Shown here piece by piece: positions 27,934-38,020 of a stretch of DNA of 64,000 nt; the stretch's first letter is position 1; the number at the start of each line of letters is the position of its first letter. Source of the stretch: Gammaproteobacteria bacterium (GTDB lineage: Bacteria > Pseudomonadota > Gammaproteobacteria > Steroidobacterales > JBFFHS01); the NCBI GenBank assembly GCA_041556855.1, contig JBFFHS010000003.1, positions 16,684 through 80,683 on the forward strand, written 5' to 3'. Made by a program: the position numbers and the translations under genes. Under the pieces are notes generated by a model. It made no database searches and had not been told where the DNA came from. It was given only the letters and a program-made list of their open reading frames with translations.

Positions 27934-28178
27934 CCCTGATCTCGACCAGACCCAACAACCGGGATGTTACGGGGCACCAGTGCCGGCTTGCAGTGAACTG
28001 TTTCACACGCATCATGAACAGCCAACCGTCAACCCATGGGGGGCGGGTCGGGGCGCCGGGCGCCGCAGCTATTTGACAAAAGGGTCTGGCGGCCGTGCAA
28101 AGCGTGGCGCCGTGTTGCTGCAGGGATCCATCCGTGCCAGCGAGCCGACCCAAAGGGCGGTGGGACCTCCCAGGCTGA

Positions 28179-29642
28179 TCAGGCTTCCGTGCCGCCGACG
28201 GTGAGCGAATCTATTTTCAGCGTGGGCTGACCAACGCCGACGGGGACGGATTGGCCATCCTTGCCGCAGACCCCGATGCCAGCATCCAGCTCCAGGTCGT
28301 TGCCAACCATGGACACACGGGTCAACACGTCCGGACCGTTCCCAATCAACATGGCGCCCTTGACGGGGGTGCCGATGCGGCCGTTTTCGATCAGGTAGGC
28401 TTCGCTGGCGGAGAACACGAACTTACCGGAAGTGATATCCACCTGGCCGCCGCCGAAGTTAGGCGCATAAATACCCTTGGCGACGCTGGCTATGATCTCG
28501 GCAGGATCGTGCTCACCCGGCAACATGTAGGTATTGGTCATGCGCGGCATGGGCGCATGGCCGAAGGACTCGCGCCGACCGTTGCCCGTGGGCGCCACGC
28601 CCATGAGGCGCGCGTTCAACTTATCCTGCATATAGCTGCTCAGCACACCATTCTCGATGAGCACTGTCTGCTGAGTCGGCACGCCCTCGTCATCTACGTT
28701 GAGAGAGCCGCGACGCCCTGGCAGCGTGCCGTCATCCACCACCGTGCACGCGGTACTGGCCACCTGCTCACCGATCCGGCCGGCAAATGCAGAGGTCCCT
28801 TTACGGTTGAAGTCGCCTTCCAGACCGTGGCCAATGGCTTCGTGGAGCAGAACGCCCGGCCAGCCGGGGCCAAGAACCACCGGCATGTTGCCCGCCGGCG
28901 CGGGACGAGCCTCCATGTTCACCGCGGCCTGGCGCACCGCCTCCTGCGCCAACGTGACGGCCGTCTCAAAATCATCAAAACGCCGGTAGTCACTGCGGCC
29001 GCCGGCACCGGCAAAACCCTGCTCGCGACGCTTCCCGGACTCCATGATTACGGAGACGTTCAGGCGCACCAGGGGACGCACGTCCGCTGCGCAGGTGCCA
29101 TCGGATGCCACGATGAGAATGGTCTCGTAGACACCGGCCAGATTAGCGATCACCTCTTTGACCCGGGGGTCCATGGCCCGCGCCGCTTCATCGAGCCGGG
29201 TCAACAGCTGCACTTTATGGTCGTCCGACCAACTCACCAGCGGATCCGCTGCCGGGTATAAAGCCAGGTTCCTGGTCGCTCGCGCGGCGATTCGGGCGCG
29301 ACCCTCCCCATGCCGGGCGATCGCCCGCGCCGCCTGTGCCGCCTCGGTCAACGCCGCCGCATCAATCTGATCCGAATAGGCGAAGCCGGTCTTTTCACCG
29401 GCCAAGGCGCGCACCCCTACGCCCTGCTCGATGCTATAGGTCCCGTCTTTGACGCGGCGATCTTCCAAGCTCCATGCTTCGTAACGGGTTTGTTGAAAAT
29501 ACAGGTCGCCAAAATCGATCTTGTGCTGCAGCAGCTGCCCCATCGTGCTGTCCAGGGCACCCAGGTCCAGCCCGGCGGGGGCAAGCAGGCGGTCCACGGC
29601 CTGGGGTGTGGCGTCGGTCGTGCCGGGTTGGCTGGCATCCAT
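28179..29642 (-). CDS. tldD: Metalloprotease TldD
   Basis: 487 aa. Zinc-binding motif [13 protein letters not shown]. yhdP-(C-N hydrolase)-tldD synteny. Confidence 0.95.
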   Translation of the reverse strand: MDASQPGTTDATPQAVDRLLAPAGLDLGALDSTMGQLLQHKIDFGDLYFQQTRYEAWSLEDRRVKDGTYSIEQGVGVRALAGEKTGFAYSDQIDAAALTEAAQAARAIARHGEGRARIAARATRNLALYPAADPLVSWSDDHKVQLLTRLDEAARAMDPRVKEVIANLAGVYETILIVASDGTCAADVRPLVRLNVSVIMESGKRREQGFAGAGGRSDYRRFDDFETAVTLAQEAVRQAAVNMEARPAPAGNMPVVLGPGWPGVLLHEAIGHGLEGDFNRKGTSAFAGRIGEQVASTACTVVDDGTLPGRRGSLNVDDEGVPTQQTVLIENGVLSSYMQDKLNARLMGVAPTGNGRRESFGHAPMPRMTNTYMLPGEHDPAEIIASVAKGIYAPNFGGGQVDITSGKFVFSASEAYLIENGRIGTPVKGAMLIGNGPDVLTRVSMVGNDLELDAGIGVCGKDGQSVPVGVGQPTLKIDSLTVGGTEA

Positions 29643-29645
29643 GTA

Positions 29646-30455
29646 TCAAAGCTCTCTTCGGTGGCGCAAGGCCGGGAAACGGTCGCGCAAAGCGCGTAAC
29701 GACATGATATCGATTTCCGCCGAACACACACCAGCGCCGGCGGGCAACTCCGCCAGAACGTCACCCCAGGGGCCGACAATCAGAGAATGACCGTAGGTTT
29801 GGCGGCCCCCAGGATGCTGACCCCACTGGGCCGCGGCAATACCGTAGCACAGTGACTCGACGCAGCGTGCCCGCAGCAGGCAGTGCCAGTGCGCCGAGCC
29901 CGTCGGGACGGTGAACGCCGCGGGCACGCTTAACACGTCCATACCCGCAAGCCCCAGTCGGTGGAACAGGGCAGGAAAGCGAATGTCGTAACACACAGCC
30001 AAAGCCACGCGGGCGACGCCGGTATCTACCACAACCGGCGCATTACCCGGCGCTGTGCTGGCCGACTCGCGATACTCCTCAGGCGCATCGGGAATCGCCA
30101 CGTCGAACAAGTGGATCTTGTCGTAGCGCCCGGCCAGCTCGCCGTCGGGGCCGTACACGAGGCAAGCGGCGGCGGCACGCTTTGTCTCGTCGCCAAACAC
30201 CGGAATGGTGCCGCCCACGAGCCAGACCCCGTGCCGGGCTGCGCTGCCGGCCAGGAAACCCTGAATCGGGCCCGTACCCGGTTGCTCAGCCACGTCCAGC
30301 CGATCGGTCTGGGCCGCACCCATAAAGGCGAAGTTCTCCGGTAGCACGATCAGCTGCGCGCCATCAGCGGCCGCGGCGCCGACCAACTCATCCGCCTGAG
30401 CAAGATTTGCAGCCACATCGGCGCCACTGTTGAGCTGCACGGCCGCGACTTTCAA
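29646..30455 (-). CDS. Carbon-nitrogen hydrolase (nitrilase superfamily) protein
   Basis: 269 aa. Starts MKVAAVQLNS.., followed by LIVLPENF (Glu) and ALAVCYDIRFP (Cys). Occupies the same position between yhdP and tldD that I recall in Pseudomonas. Confidence 0.88.
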   Translation of the reverse strand: MKVAAVQLNSGADVAANLAQADELVGAAAADGAQLIVLPENFAFMGAAQTDRLDVAEQPGTGPIQGFLAGSAARHGVWLVGGTIPVFGDETKRAAAACLVYGPDGELAGRYDKIHLFDVAIPDAPEEYRESASTAPGNAPVVVDTGVARVALAVCYDIRFPALFHRLGLAGMDVLSVPAAFTVPTGSAHWHCLLRARCVESLCYGIAAAQWGQHPGGRQTYGHSLIVGPWGDVLAELPAGAGVCSAEIDIMSLRALRDRFPALRHRREL

Positions 30456-33400
30456 CCCGCCCCGTCCTCAGCCCCGGCCATGGCGCTGGCCGGCTCGGGG
30501 GGCAGGTCCACGCACAAGGGGCCCTCGGCAAGCTCGGCGGGCGTCAGGCGCTCCACGGACGGCTCATCCCACGACCCGGTCACGCAGTAGGAGGCGCGGC
30601 CCATGCCCTTGAGCGGCTCCTTGAAGATCTGAGTGAACAGTAACAGCGCCGCGCCTACTCCCGGGCCTGCAAGGATCCCACCCACGGCGGGCAGCATTTT
30701 TCCGGCCTCCGCGGTGACCACCGCCTGCTGCTGATAGTCCCGGTCTTTCAAGCCGACCCGCCCGACGATACCGATTTCGGCCACCGGTCCTTCCAGCTTC
30801 AGATTGTTGGTATAGGCATCACCATCAATGAGTAAAAAGCTGCCGCGGACTTTGTCGAAACGCAGGCCTTTCTGAAAGACGTCACGAAAGTCCAGCGCCA
30901 AACGGCGCGGCAGCGCGGCGATGCTCATCAGCCCTACTACACGGCCGGCTCCCGGCTCGATGGCGTATACGCTGCCGTCGTCCATACTCAGGCTGACCTC
31001 GCCGGCCACCGAGGCCGTCCAATCCGCCGTCGGCCCACCGTTCCAGGATACATCGGCGGTCAACTGAGCCGCGCTGCCATCAACCATGCCCTGCATGGAT
31101 CCCAGACCCTCGAGGCTTGCGGCAATGTCCGTGGTAGTGAGCGTCAAGGCGATGCGCGTGCTCTGCTCGTCGCCACGCGTGGTCCAGCGGCCGGAGCCCT
31201 TGATGGCATAGCTACCGGCGTCGGTGGCGAACGAATTCATGCTCAGTCCGAGGGACTCGGCGCTGATGTCCGCGTTGAGTTCGCCCAGCTCACGATCACC
31301 CAGGGCAAAATCCCGCGCCACTACCAGGGCCCCCGGCAACTTGCGGGGATCCGGCTTAAATCCCGCACCGGTGCCGGTCGCCAGGCGCAGCCGTTCCATG
31401 TCCAGCACCAGTTGGGGCCGGTCGGCGAGGCGCGCCGGGATGAGGATACGCCCCGCCACAGGCTCGCTGGCCACCTGCACGTTCCAATCGGTCTCGCCGC
31501 GGGAAACCGCCAGATGCGCAGTGCCCAGATCCTGGCCAAATGCGCTCAACTCGGCGATATGCAAGTCCGAAGCCACAGGGATATCAACCCCGGCCAGCAT
31601 GGCGCCCTGCTGGGCAAATAACGCAATCCAGTCGTCCACGGCCAGGGTGGGCAACTGACCGTCGATCACCAGACCGCTCTTTGGCAGCACCGCAGCGCTG
31701 TCGCCAAAGCGCAGGTTACCGCGGCTGAAGCGGGTACCGTCGTCGCCCACCGCAAAACCAAGCTGAAAACGGCCTACGGTACCCAGATAGCCCTCAACGA
31801 CAGCCTCGCCGCCGATCCCGAAGCTGAGCTCGGCCGCCATGCTCATCGGATCAGCCCGCTCTTTAGCGAATGGCGCCGGCAGATCCAGACCCATGCCAGC
31901 CAGGTCCGATGCAACTTTGACCCGGGTAGGCGCGCCGTCTGCATCGTCCTCAGAAACCGGGAGCAATACGTCTACCCGCCACTCGCTGCTGCCCGTCATG
32001 CGGCGTGCCAGATCGGCAGGCAACCAGGGCTGCACGGCTGAACTGTCGAAGGGCCCTGACCAGGAAATCTGCGATCGATAATCGGCGGCGCGCAGCGGCG
32101 TCACGCTCGCGACCAGGGGAAAGCCCAGCAGCTGCCCCGTGATGCCCTCACCACTGACCTCATTCTGTTCCAGGGCCAGATCGCCGTTGAGATCTGTAAA
32201 GGCAGGTGCGAGGCCGTCCAGGGCCAACTCGCCGTCCTCCAGGCTCAGGGTGCCGCGCAACTCGTAATCGGGCATCGATCTGATGGGGAGCGTGAGATCC
32301 AGGGCTACCCGCCCGAGCCCGGCGGGGGCCGAGAGCGTGCTCAGACGGCCGCCCATGCGCTTCGCGGTGACGGGCGTGATTTTGAGGAAGTCCAGCACGT
32401 CCTGAAGTGGGCCCACCGTACTGCCGTTCACGGTCATAACGCCGGTCCGCAGATCGGGGAAACTCACCGCCGTGTCGCGGGTGATGTGGTTGAGGATGCG
32501 CGCGCTCAGAATCTGACCCTCGAGCCGGGCATTGGCAAACACGACATCCGCGGCGATGTTCTCCGCTGTCGTCCAACCAGGGGCGAATTGCAAGCGGCCG
32601 TTCTCCACACGTCCCGTGACGCGAAGCTGGCCCTCGCCATTATCAAAGGGAAAGGCGCGGATGGGGCCGAAAAAGCTCAGGCGCGCGCGCGAGATCTCGC
32701 CACCCTGAACCGCCTGCTGCAACCATCGCACCAGCCGCGGCCGCATCTTGCGCACCGGCAAATAACGTTTCGCCGCCAGCGCGTCGATGCCTACCGCACC
32801 GGCATCGATCTCCAGCACCGGCGATGATCCGTCAGCGGGCAGAGTCAACTCCAGACTCGAGCGAACGGCAAAGTCAGGGCTATCAATGGCGACGTCATCG
32901 CCCACCACGCGCAGCCCGCCCCGACCCTGGCGCCAGACCACAATGCCGCTCAAGCTGACTGCGCCTATCGGCTCGGCAAAAAAATCGGGGTAATCCAGCA
33001 CCACGGCTGTGCTGCTCAAGTCCAGGCTGCCGCTGGTTGGATCGGCGCGGACGTCGGCGGTAACGCCCCGGATGCCGGGCCAGTCTCCATAGGCAGCGAT
33101 GCCGACGCTCTGCAGGCCGGCCTCCACCGTGTAGCTCCAGTCACCCGCGGGCATACGTTGCAGAGTCAGGCTGACGTTGCGCAGATCCCCTTCCGGGTCC
33201 AGGCCCCGCCAAAGCGTGGCGACGTCCTCCTCGGGGAGCAGCGCGGCGACAGGCGCCAGATCCTGCAAGCGCACGAAGCCGACCGCGAGATCGACGGATG
33301 ACGGCTCGCCATCCTCGAGCCGCAGCTTCAAATCAGCATTGCTGGTCGGCCAACGCTGACCCGTCCGGGTAATGGTCAGGTCTGTCAGTCCGATACGCCA

Positions 33401-34357
33401 GGCGTCCGGGTCGTCCGGGTCTCTGGCCCACTCGGCAACCGCGCGCACACCGTCGTAGGGATCCCCGTGGCGGGCTGACATACGTTGGTTGGGCAGCACC
33501 ACGCCGTCCAAGGCAACCTGCAGCGTGCCCGTGACCGGCGCTCGCTCGGCGAATTCCACCCAGACGGAGACGTCGCCACGACCCTCATCAGGCAGGAATG
33601 GGGACGCCACCGGCAGCAGGCGCGCCCAGCCCGCCAGGTCGATGTCCGACGCCTCGGTGACGATCCGCCAGGGCCCGGTTTCCAGCTCGCTGAGCTCCGT
33701 TACGTCGGGATCCAGATCCGCCTCCGCGGAGAAGACAAGCCGGCTTCCCAACGCTTCTGGCAGGCTCGCCTCGACGGTCAGCAGCACTCGATCGGCCTTG
33801 CGCTGCAATTCAATCTGGGCGTCGCCGAACTCCCATACGGCAGCATCGCGGGTATGATCCACGTAGCGGATGCGACTATCCCGCACCAGCACCTGAAAGG
33901 GTGGGATTTTGCTCAGGTCAAAACCACCTGCCGCAGCCCGCGGATCCAGACTTTGTTGCTGGATCGCAAAACTGCCATCGGCGCGCCGCTCCAGCAACAC
34001 GCTGGTGCCCGCCAGGGTGAACTGATCGACCAGCAGCTCCCGGGTACGGATCAAGCGCAGGAGACTCACGCCCACGCTGGCCCGCCGCGCCGCCAGCAGC
34101 TGCGCATTCCCCTGGCCGCCAACCTGGGCATCGAAGAAGGTTAACTCCGGCCCCTGCAGGCCCCAGCGGGCATCCAGACGGCTGAACTCTACGGTAAGGC
34201 CTAGCGCATCCTGAGCCCACCCCTTGATCTCGCGCTCATAGGCAGGCAGCTGGGGCAGGAGCAAACGGAAGGCGCCCACGGCAATTGCCAGCAGAATGAC
34301 GCCCACCGCCGCCACTGTGGCCAGTTGTCGGACAATCATTTTGACTAGCTTCAGCAC
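30452..34357 (-). CDS. yhdP: YhdP family (AsmA-like) envelope protein
   Basis: 1301 aa. N-terminal TM anchor followed by long repetitive beta-rich sequence. rng-yhdP-tldD synteny as in E. coli. Confidence 0.88.
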   Translation of the reverse strand: MLKLVKMIVRQLATVAAVGVILLAIAVGAFRLLLPQLPAYEREIKGWAQDALGLTVEFSRLDARWGLQGPELTFFDAQVGGQGNAQLLAARRASVGVSLLRLIRTRELLVDQFTLAGTSVLLERRADGSFAIQQQSLDPRAAAGGFDLSKIPPFQVLVRDSRIRYVDHTRDAAVWEFGDAQIELQRKADRVLLTVEASLPEALGSRLVFSAEADLDPDVTELSELETGPWRIVTEASDIDLAGWARLLPVASPFLPDEGRGDVSVWVEFAERAPVTGTLQVALDGVVLPNQRMSARHGDPYDGVRAVAEWARDPDDPDAWRIGLTDLTITRTGQRWPTSNADLKLRLEDGEPSSVDLAVGFVRLQDLAPVAALLPEEDVATLWRGLDPEGDLRNVSLTLQRMPAGDWSYTVEAGLQSVGIAAYGDWPGIRGVTADVRADPTSGSLDLSSTAVVLDYPDFFAEPIGAVSLSGIVVWRQGRGGLRVVGDDVAIDSPDFAVRSSLELTLPADGSSPVLEIDAGAVGIDALAAKRYLPVRKMRPRLVRWLQQAVQGGEISRARLSFFGPIRAFPFDNGEGQLRVTGRVENGRLQFAPGWTTAENIAADVVFANARLEGQILSARILNHITRDTAVSFPDLRTGVMTVNGSTVGPLQDVLDFLKITPVTAKRMGGRLSTLSAPAGLGRVALDLTLPIRSMPDYELRGTLSLEDGELALDGLAPAFTDLNGDLALEQNEVSGEGITGQLLGFPLVASVTPLRAADYRSQISWSGPFDSSAVQPWLPADLARRMTGSSEWRVDVLLPVSEDDADGAPTRVKVASDLAGMGLDLPAPFAKERADPMSMAAELSFGIGGEAVVEGYLGTVGRFQLGFAVGDDGTRFSRGNLRFGDSAAVLPKSGLVIDGQLPTLAVDDWIALFAQQGAMLAGVDIPVASDLHIAELSAFGQDLGTAHLAVSRGETDWNVQVASEPVAGRILIPARLADRPQLVLDMERLRLATGTGAGFKPDPRKLPGALVVARDFALGDRELGELNADISAESLGLSMNSFATDAGSYAIKGSGRWTTRGDEQSTRIALTLTTTDIAASLEGLGSMQGMVDGSAAQLTADVSWNGGPTADWTASVAGEVSLSMDDGSVYAIEPGAGRVVGLMSIAALPRRLALDFRDVFQKGLRFDKVRGSFLLIDGDAYTNNLKLEGPVAEIGIVGRVGLKDRDYQQQAVVTAEAGKMLPAVGGILAGPGVGAALLLFTQIFKEPLKGMGRASYCVTGSWDEPSVERLTPAELAEGPLCVDLPPEPASAMAGAEDGAG

Positions 34358-34371
34358 CGGTTGCCTCGTCC

Positions 34372-35835
34372 TTACATCAGCACCACGTCGAAATGGTCCG
34401 GGGAATACATATTCTCAGTCTGCAGGCGAATCGGCTTGCCGGTCAGCTCTTCCAGCTCCGCCATGGTGGCGGATTCTTCATCCAGCAGCCGCTCGATGAC
34501 TTCCGGGTGGGCCAGCACCAGCGCTTCAGTGAAATCGAACTGGCGGTGTTGCCGCAGGATCTCGCGAAAAACGTCGTAGCACACCGTTTCCGACGTCTTG
34601 ACGAACCCGCGTCCTTCGCAAATTGGACAAGGTTCGCACAGCACATGTTCCAGGCTCTCACGGGTCCGCTTGCGGGTCATTTCTACCAGTCCCAGCGGTG
34701 AGACGTTCATCAGCTGGGTCTTGGCCTGGTCGTTGCTGAGGCTGCGCTCCAGTGCCTGTTGCACCTGGCGGCGGTGTTCCTCCTCGGTCATGTCAATAAA
34801 ATCGATGATGATGATGCCACCCAGGTTGCGCAGACGTAGCTGCCGGGCGATGGCAACCGCAGCCTCCAGGTTGGTGCGAAAAATCGTCTCTTCCAGGTTG
34901 CGGTGGCCCACATAGGCGCCCGTGTTGACGTCGATGGTGGTCATCGCCTCTGTCTGGTCGAAGATCAGATAGCCGCCCGATTTCAGCGGCACTTTGCGGC
35001 CCAAGGCTCGCCCGATCTCATCTTCGATGCCGTAGAGGTCGAAGATCGGCCGGGCGCCCCCGTACAGCTCAATGGCCCCAGCCAGCTCCGGCACGAACCG
35101 CTCGGCAAAGTCTTTCATCCGAGCGAACATGGGTTCGCTGTCTACCCGCACCTTGTCGATCTCGCTGCTGAGCAGATCACGCATCACCCGCACGGCCAGC
35201 GGCAGATCCTCATAAACCAGCTCGCCCGGCCGGGCCCGCCCGGCAGTCTGCTGAATAGATGCCCAGAGCTTCTCCAAGAACAGCATATCGGCCCGCAGCG
35301 CCTCCATACTGGCGCCTTCAGCTGCGGTGCGCACAATGTAGCCAGGACCGCCCTCGGGCAGAATGCTGTCCATGACCAGCCGCAGTCGTTCCCGCTCCTG
35401 CTCAGATTCGATTCGAGCAGAAATACCCACGCCCGGGCTGCGCGGCATCAGGACCAGGTAGCGGGAGGGGATCGTCATGTAGGTGGTCAGACGGGCCCCT
35501 TTGCTTCCCAGAGGGTCCTTCAGAACCTGCACCAGGATCTCGGCCCCTTCCTGGACCAGTTCGCTGATACCCGGGGTGGGCGCGCCTTCATCAGACGCTT
35601 CATGGGGGTTGCGGACGATATCCGAAGCATGCAGAAAAGCGGTGCGCTCCAGCCCGATCTCAATAAAGGCCGCCTGCATCCCGGGCAGCACCCGGGAGAC
35701 TTTTCCCTTGTAGATGTTACTGATCAGCCCCCGACGCGACGCCCGCTCCAACAACACTTCCTGCAGTACACCGTTCTCCACGAGGGCCGCGCGCACCTCC
35801 CGCGGCGTGACGTTGACAAGAATCTCCTCACGCAT
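34372..35835 (-). CDS. rng: Ribonuclease G
   Basis: 487 aa. S1 domain NIYKGKVSRVLPGMQAAFIEIG and an RNase E/G catalytic core. Confidence 0.95.
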   Translation of the reverse strand: MREEILVNVTPREVRAALVENGVLQEVLLERASRRGLISNIYKGKVSRVLPGMQAAFIEIGLERTAFLHASDIVRNPHEASDEGAPTPGISELVQEGAEILVQVLKDPLGSKGARLTTYMTIPSRYLVLMPRSPGVGISARIESEQERERLRLVMDSILPEGGPGYIVRTAAEGASMEALRADMLFLEKLWASIQQTAGRARPGELVYEDLPLAVRVMRDLLSSEIDKVRVDSEPMFARMKDFAERFVPELAGAIELYGGARPIFDLYGIEDEIGRALGRKVPLKSGGYLIFDQTEAMTTIDVNTGAYVGHRNLEETIFRTNLEAAVAIARQLRLRNLGGIIIIDFIDMTEEEHRRQVQQALERSLSNDQAKTQLMNVSPLGLVEMTRKRTRESLEHVLCEPCPICEGRGFVKTSETVCYDVFREILRQHRQFDFTEALVLAHPEVIERLLDEESATMAELEELTGKPIRLQTENMYSPDHFDVVLM

Positions 35836-36435
35836 CTAGCGGTTTCCTTCAAGCCAGGCCGGCAAGCCAAAGCGCCGCAACAGCGCGACGGTCTCCGCCA
35901 GGGGCAAGCCCACCACGCCCGAATAACTGCCGTGGATAGCCTCAACGAAGACCGCGCCCCGACCCTGCACAGCATAGCCGCCAGCCTTATCCAGCGGCTC
36001 ACCAGTCTCAGCATAGGCATAGCGCTCGGCAGCTGTCGTGGCACGCAATCGCACTTCGCTGATACTGACGCGATCTTCGAGCTGGCCCTCCGCCAGCACG
36101 GCCACGGCGGTAACGACTCGGTGAGTAGCACCGGAAAGCTCCGCCAGCATCGCCTGGGCCTGGGTCCGATCTGCTGGCTTACCGAAGATACGCTCGCCCA
36201 GCACCACCACGGTATCGGCGCCCAGGATGGGGCGAGCCACCGCTGCTGTCAGCTGTTGTGCCACGGCAGATACCTTCTCTCGAGCCATGCGGGTCGCAAA
36301 GTCCCGTGGTGTTTCCGCTGGCAGCGGCTCTTCAGGCAAATCCGCCGAGCGAACTTGGAACGCCACGCCGATCTGCTCAAGCAGCTCGCTGCGCCGCGGC
36401 GAGGCAGACGCCAGATAGATGAAATCCTTTTTCAT
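35836..36435 (-). CDS. maf: Maf-like nucleoside triphosphate pyrophosphatase
   Basis: 199 aa. Sequence LASASPRRSELL...GADTVVV...KAGGYAVQG. Its stop abuts the rng start codon. Confidence 0.92.
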   Translation of the reverse strand: MKKDFIYLASASPRRSELLEQIGVAFQVRSADLPEEPLPAETPRDFATRMAREKVSAVAQQLTAAVARPILGADTVVVLGERIFGKPADRTQAQAMLAELSGATHRVVTAVAVLAEGQLEDRVSISEVRLRATTAAERYAYAETGEPLDKAGGYAVQGRGAVFVEAIHGSYSGVVGLPLAETVALLRRFGLPAWLEGNR

Positions 36436-36501
36436 TCAATGGAATAGTACGACTTCCGCCCATTAAGGCAAAGAACCGCGGGGCGGGCTCGTGAGAGGCC
36501 C

Positions 36502-36963
36502 TCAGCGATGATAGGGATGACCCTGGTTGACGGTCCAGGCGCGATACAGGGCTTCGGCCAGGACCACCTGAATCAGCGTATGGGGTAACGTCAGGGGCCC
36601 GAGGGACCAGCGCTCTCGAGCTCGCTCCAGACAGGCCGGTGCCAGGCCGTCGGGGCCACCGATGAGCAGATACACGTCCTGACGGTCATGTTGCCAGCGC
36701 ATCAGCCGATCGCTGAGCTGAGCGGTGCTCCAGGGGGAACCCGCCACATCCAGAGCCACCACATGAGCTCGCGCCGGGAGCAGTGCGAGCATGCGTTTGC
36801 CCTGCGCATCGCGGGCGGCGGCGGCGCTGGGGCCGCGGCGCGCCAGGGGCAAACGCTGGATCCGGGGGCGAGCCGCCGCGGGCAGCCGCTTGAGGTAGTC
36901 CTCGCAGCCCCGTGCCACCCATTCCGGCGGTCGGTTCCCCACGACGAGGATGTGGATGTGCAT
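36502..36963 (-). CDS. rlmH: 23S rRNA (pseudouridine1915-N3)-methyltransferase
   Basis: 153 aa with a SPOUT C-terminus ending ..AEALYRAWTVNQGHPYHR. Confidence 0.93.
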   Translation of the reverse strand: MHIHILVVGNRPPEWVARGCEDYLKRLPAAARPRIQRLPLARRGPSAAAARDAQGKRMLALLPARAHVVALDVAGSPWSTAQLSDRLMRWQHDRQDVYLLIGGPDGLAPACLERARERWSLGPLTLPHTLIQVVLAEALYRAWTVNQGHPYHR

Positions 36964-37325
36964 CAGGGGGGAGCGCCGGCCGCGCTGGACGGTTCGGCGC
37001 GGTTCTCAATGTCCCAGAGCTTTTCCAGGTTATAGAAATCACGAACCCGCGGCAGCATCACATGCACCACGACATCACCCAGGTCCAGCAGCACCCATTC
37101 GCCCGCCGTCTGACCCTCAACCCCGAGCGCCGCGCAGCCGGCCGCCTTGCAGCGTTCCAACACCGCGTCCGCCAGGGCGCGCACGTGGCGGTCCGAACGT
37201 CCGCTGGCGATGATCATGAAGTCAGTCACCGACGTCAGGTGGCGTACATCCAGCGTCTTGATGGCGTTAGCTTTCAGGTCATCCAGAGCGTCGTGCACCA
37301 AATCGGCGAGTTGCTGGCTTTGCAT
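36963..37325 (-). CDS. rsfS: Ribosome silencing factor
   Basis: 120 aa. Sequence [17 protein letters not shown]...[14 protein letters not shown]...FYNLEKLW. Confidence 0.93.
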   Translation of the reverse strand: MQSQQLADLVHDALDDLKANAIKTLDVRHLTSVTDFMIIASGRSDRHVRALADAVLERCKAAGCAALGVEGQTAGEWVLLDLGDVVVHVMLPRVRDFYNLEKLWDIENRAEPSSAAGAPP

Positions 37326-37347
37326 CGAGTTCCTCTGCGTGCGCCGC

Positions 37348-37980
37348 TCAAAAATAGCAGCGGCGGGTTCTGATCAGCTCCCGGACTTTGTCCGGCATCA
37401 AATACTTCGGATCATGTCCGGCACGAATCAAGGCGCGCAGGTCAGTGGAAGAGATCTCCAACTGGGTGACCGCATGGACATACACGTGCCCGCTCGGCGC
37501 CTCGTGCAGATCCTGGCTTCGGGCTGTGCCCTGCTCGCGCACCAGCTGCTGCAGGGGGCCGCTGTCCGGCACGCGCCATCCGGGACGATGCGCGACGACA
37601 ATATGGGCAAGATCCAGAATCTCCCGCCAGTGGTACCACTTGGGCAAACCGAGAAAGGCATCCATGCCGATAATCAGGCACAGCGGGCGGTCGGCAAACT
37701 CCGCTCGCAGACTCGCCAGCGTATCCACGGAATAGGACGGGCCGGCACGGTTAAGCTCCCGGTCATCCACCAGGAACCCCGGCTGACCCGCCACCGCAGC
37801 CTGCACCATGGCGGCGCGGAGCGCCGCATCAGCCTGAGGTGGGTCCCGATGGGGCGGATTGCCGGCCGGCATGAATCGCACCTGGTCCAGGGACAGAGCC
37901 TCAAGCAATTCGAAGGCTGTGCGCAAATGACCGTAGTGGATCGGGTCAAAGGTGCCGCCGAAGATCCCGATGGGCCCCAT
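37348..37980 (-). CDS. nadD: Nicotinate-nucleotide adenylyltransferase
   Basis: ATG 37980 gives [19 protein letters not shown]. The track's longer start at 38097 overlaps holA. Confidence 0.92.
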   Translation of the reverse strand: MGPIGIFGGTFDPIHYGHLRTAFELLEALSLDQVRFMPAGNPPHRDPPQADAALRAAMVQAAVAGQPGFLVDDRELNRAGPSYSVDTLASLRAEFADRPLCLIIGMDAFLGLPKWYHWREILDLAHIVVAHRPGWRVPDSGPLQQLVREQGTARSQDLHEAPSGHVYVHAVTQLEISSTDLRALIRAGHDPKYLMPDKVRELIRTRRCYF

Positions 37981-38020
37981 CAACCCTTGGCCTCGCGATC
38001 TGCCGCGCCGCCAGCAGAAA

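Noticed and set aside
27606-28204. + strand ORFs 27606-28076 and 27782-28204 in the grey zone
   Set aside because: Their composition is S/R/P/A-rich and typical of out-of-frame high-GC sequence. They have no SD or motifs and run into tldD in antisense. They are kept only as part of the grey-zone observation.
34903-36447. 514-aa + strand ORF, one of the longest in the track
   Set aside because: It is entirely antisense to rng and maf, which have unmistakable homology-type sequences. Its composition is R/G/H/Q/P-rich and it has no recognisable motifs. This is the usual mirror ORF of high-GC coding DNA.
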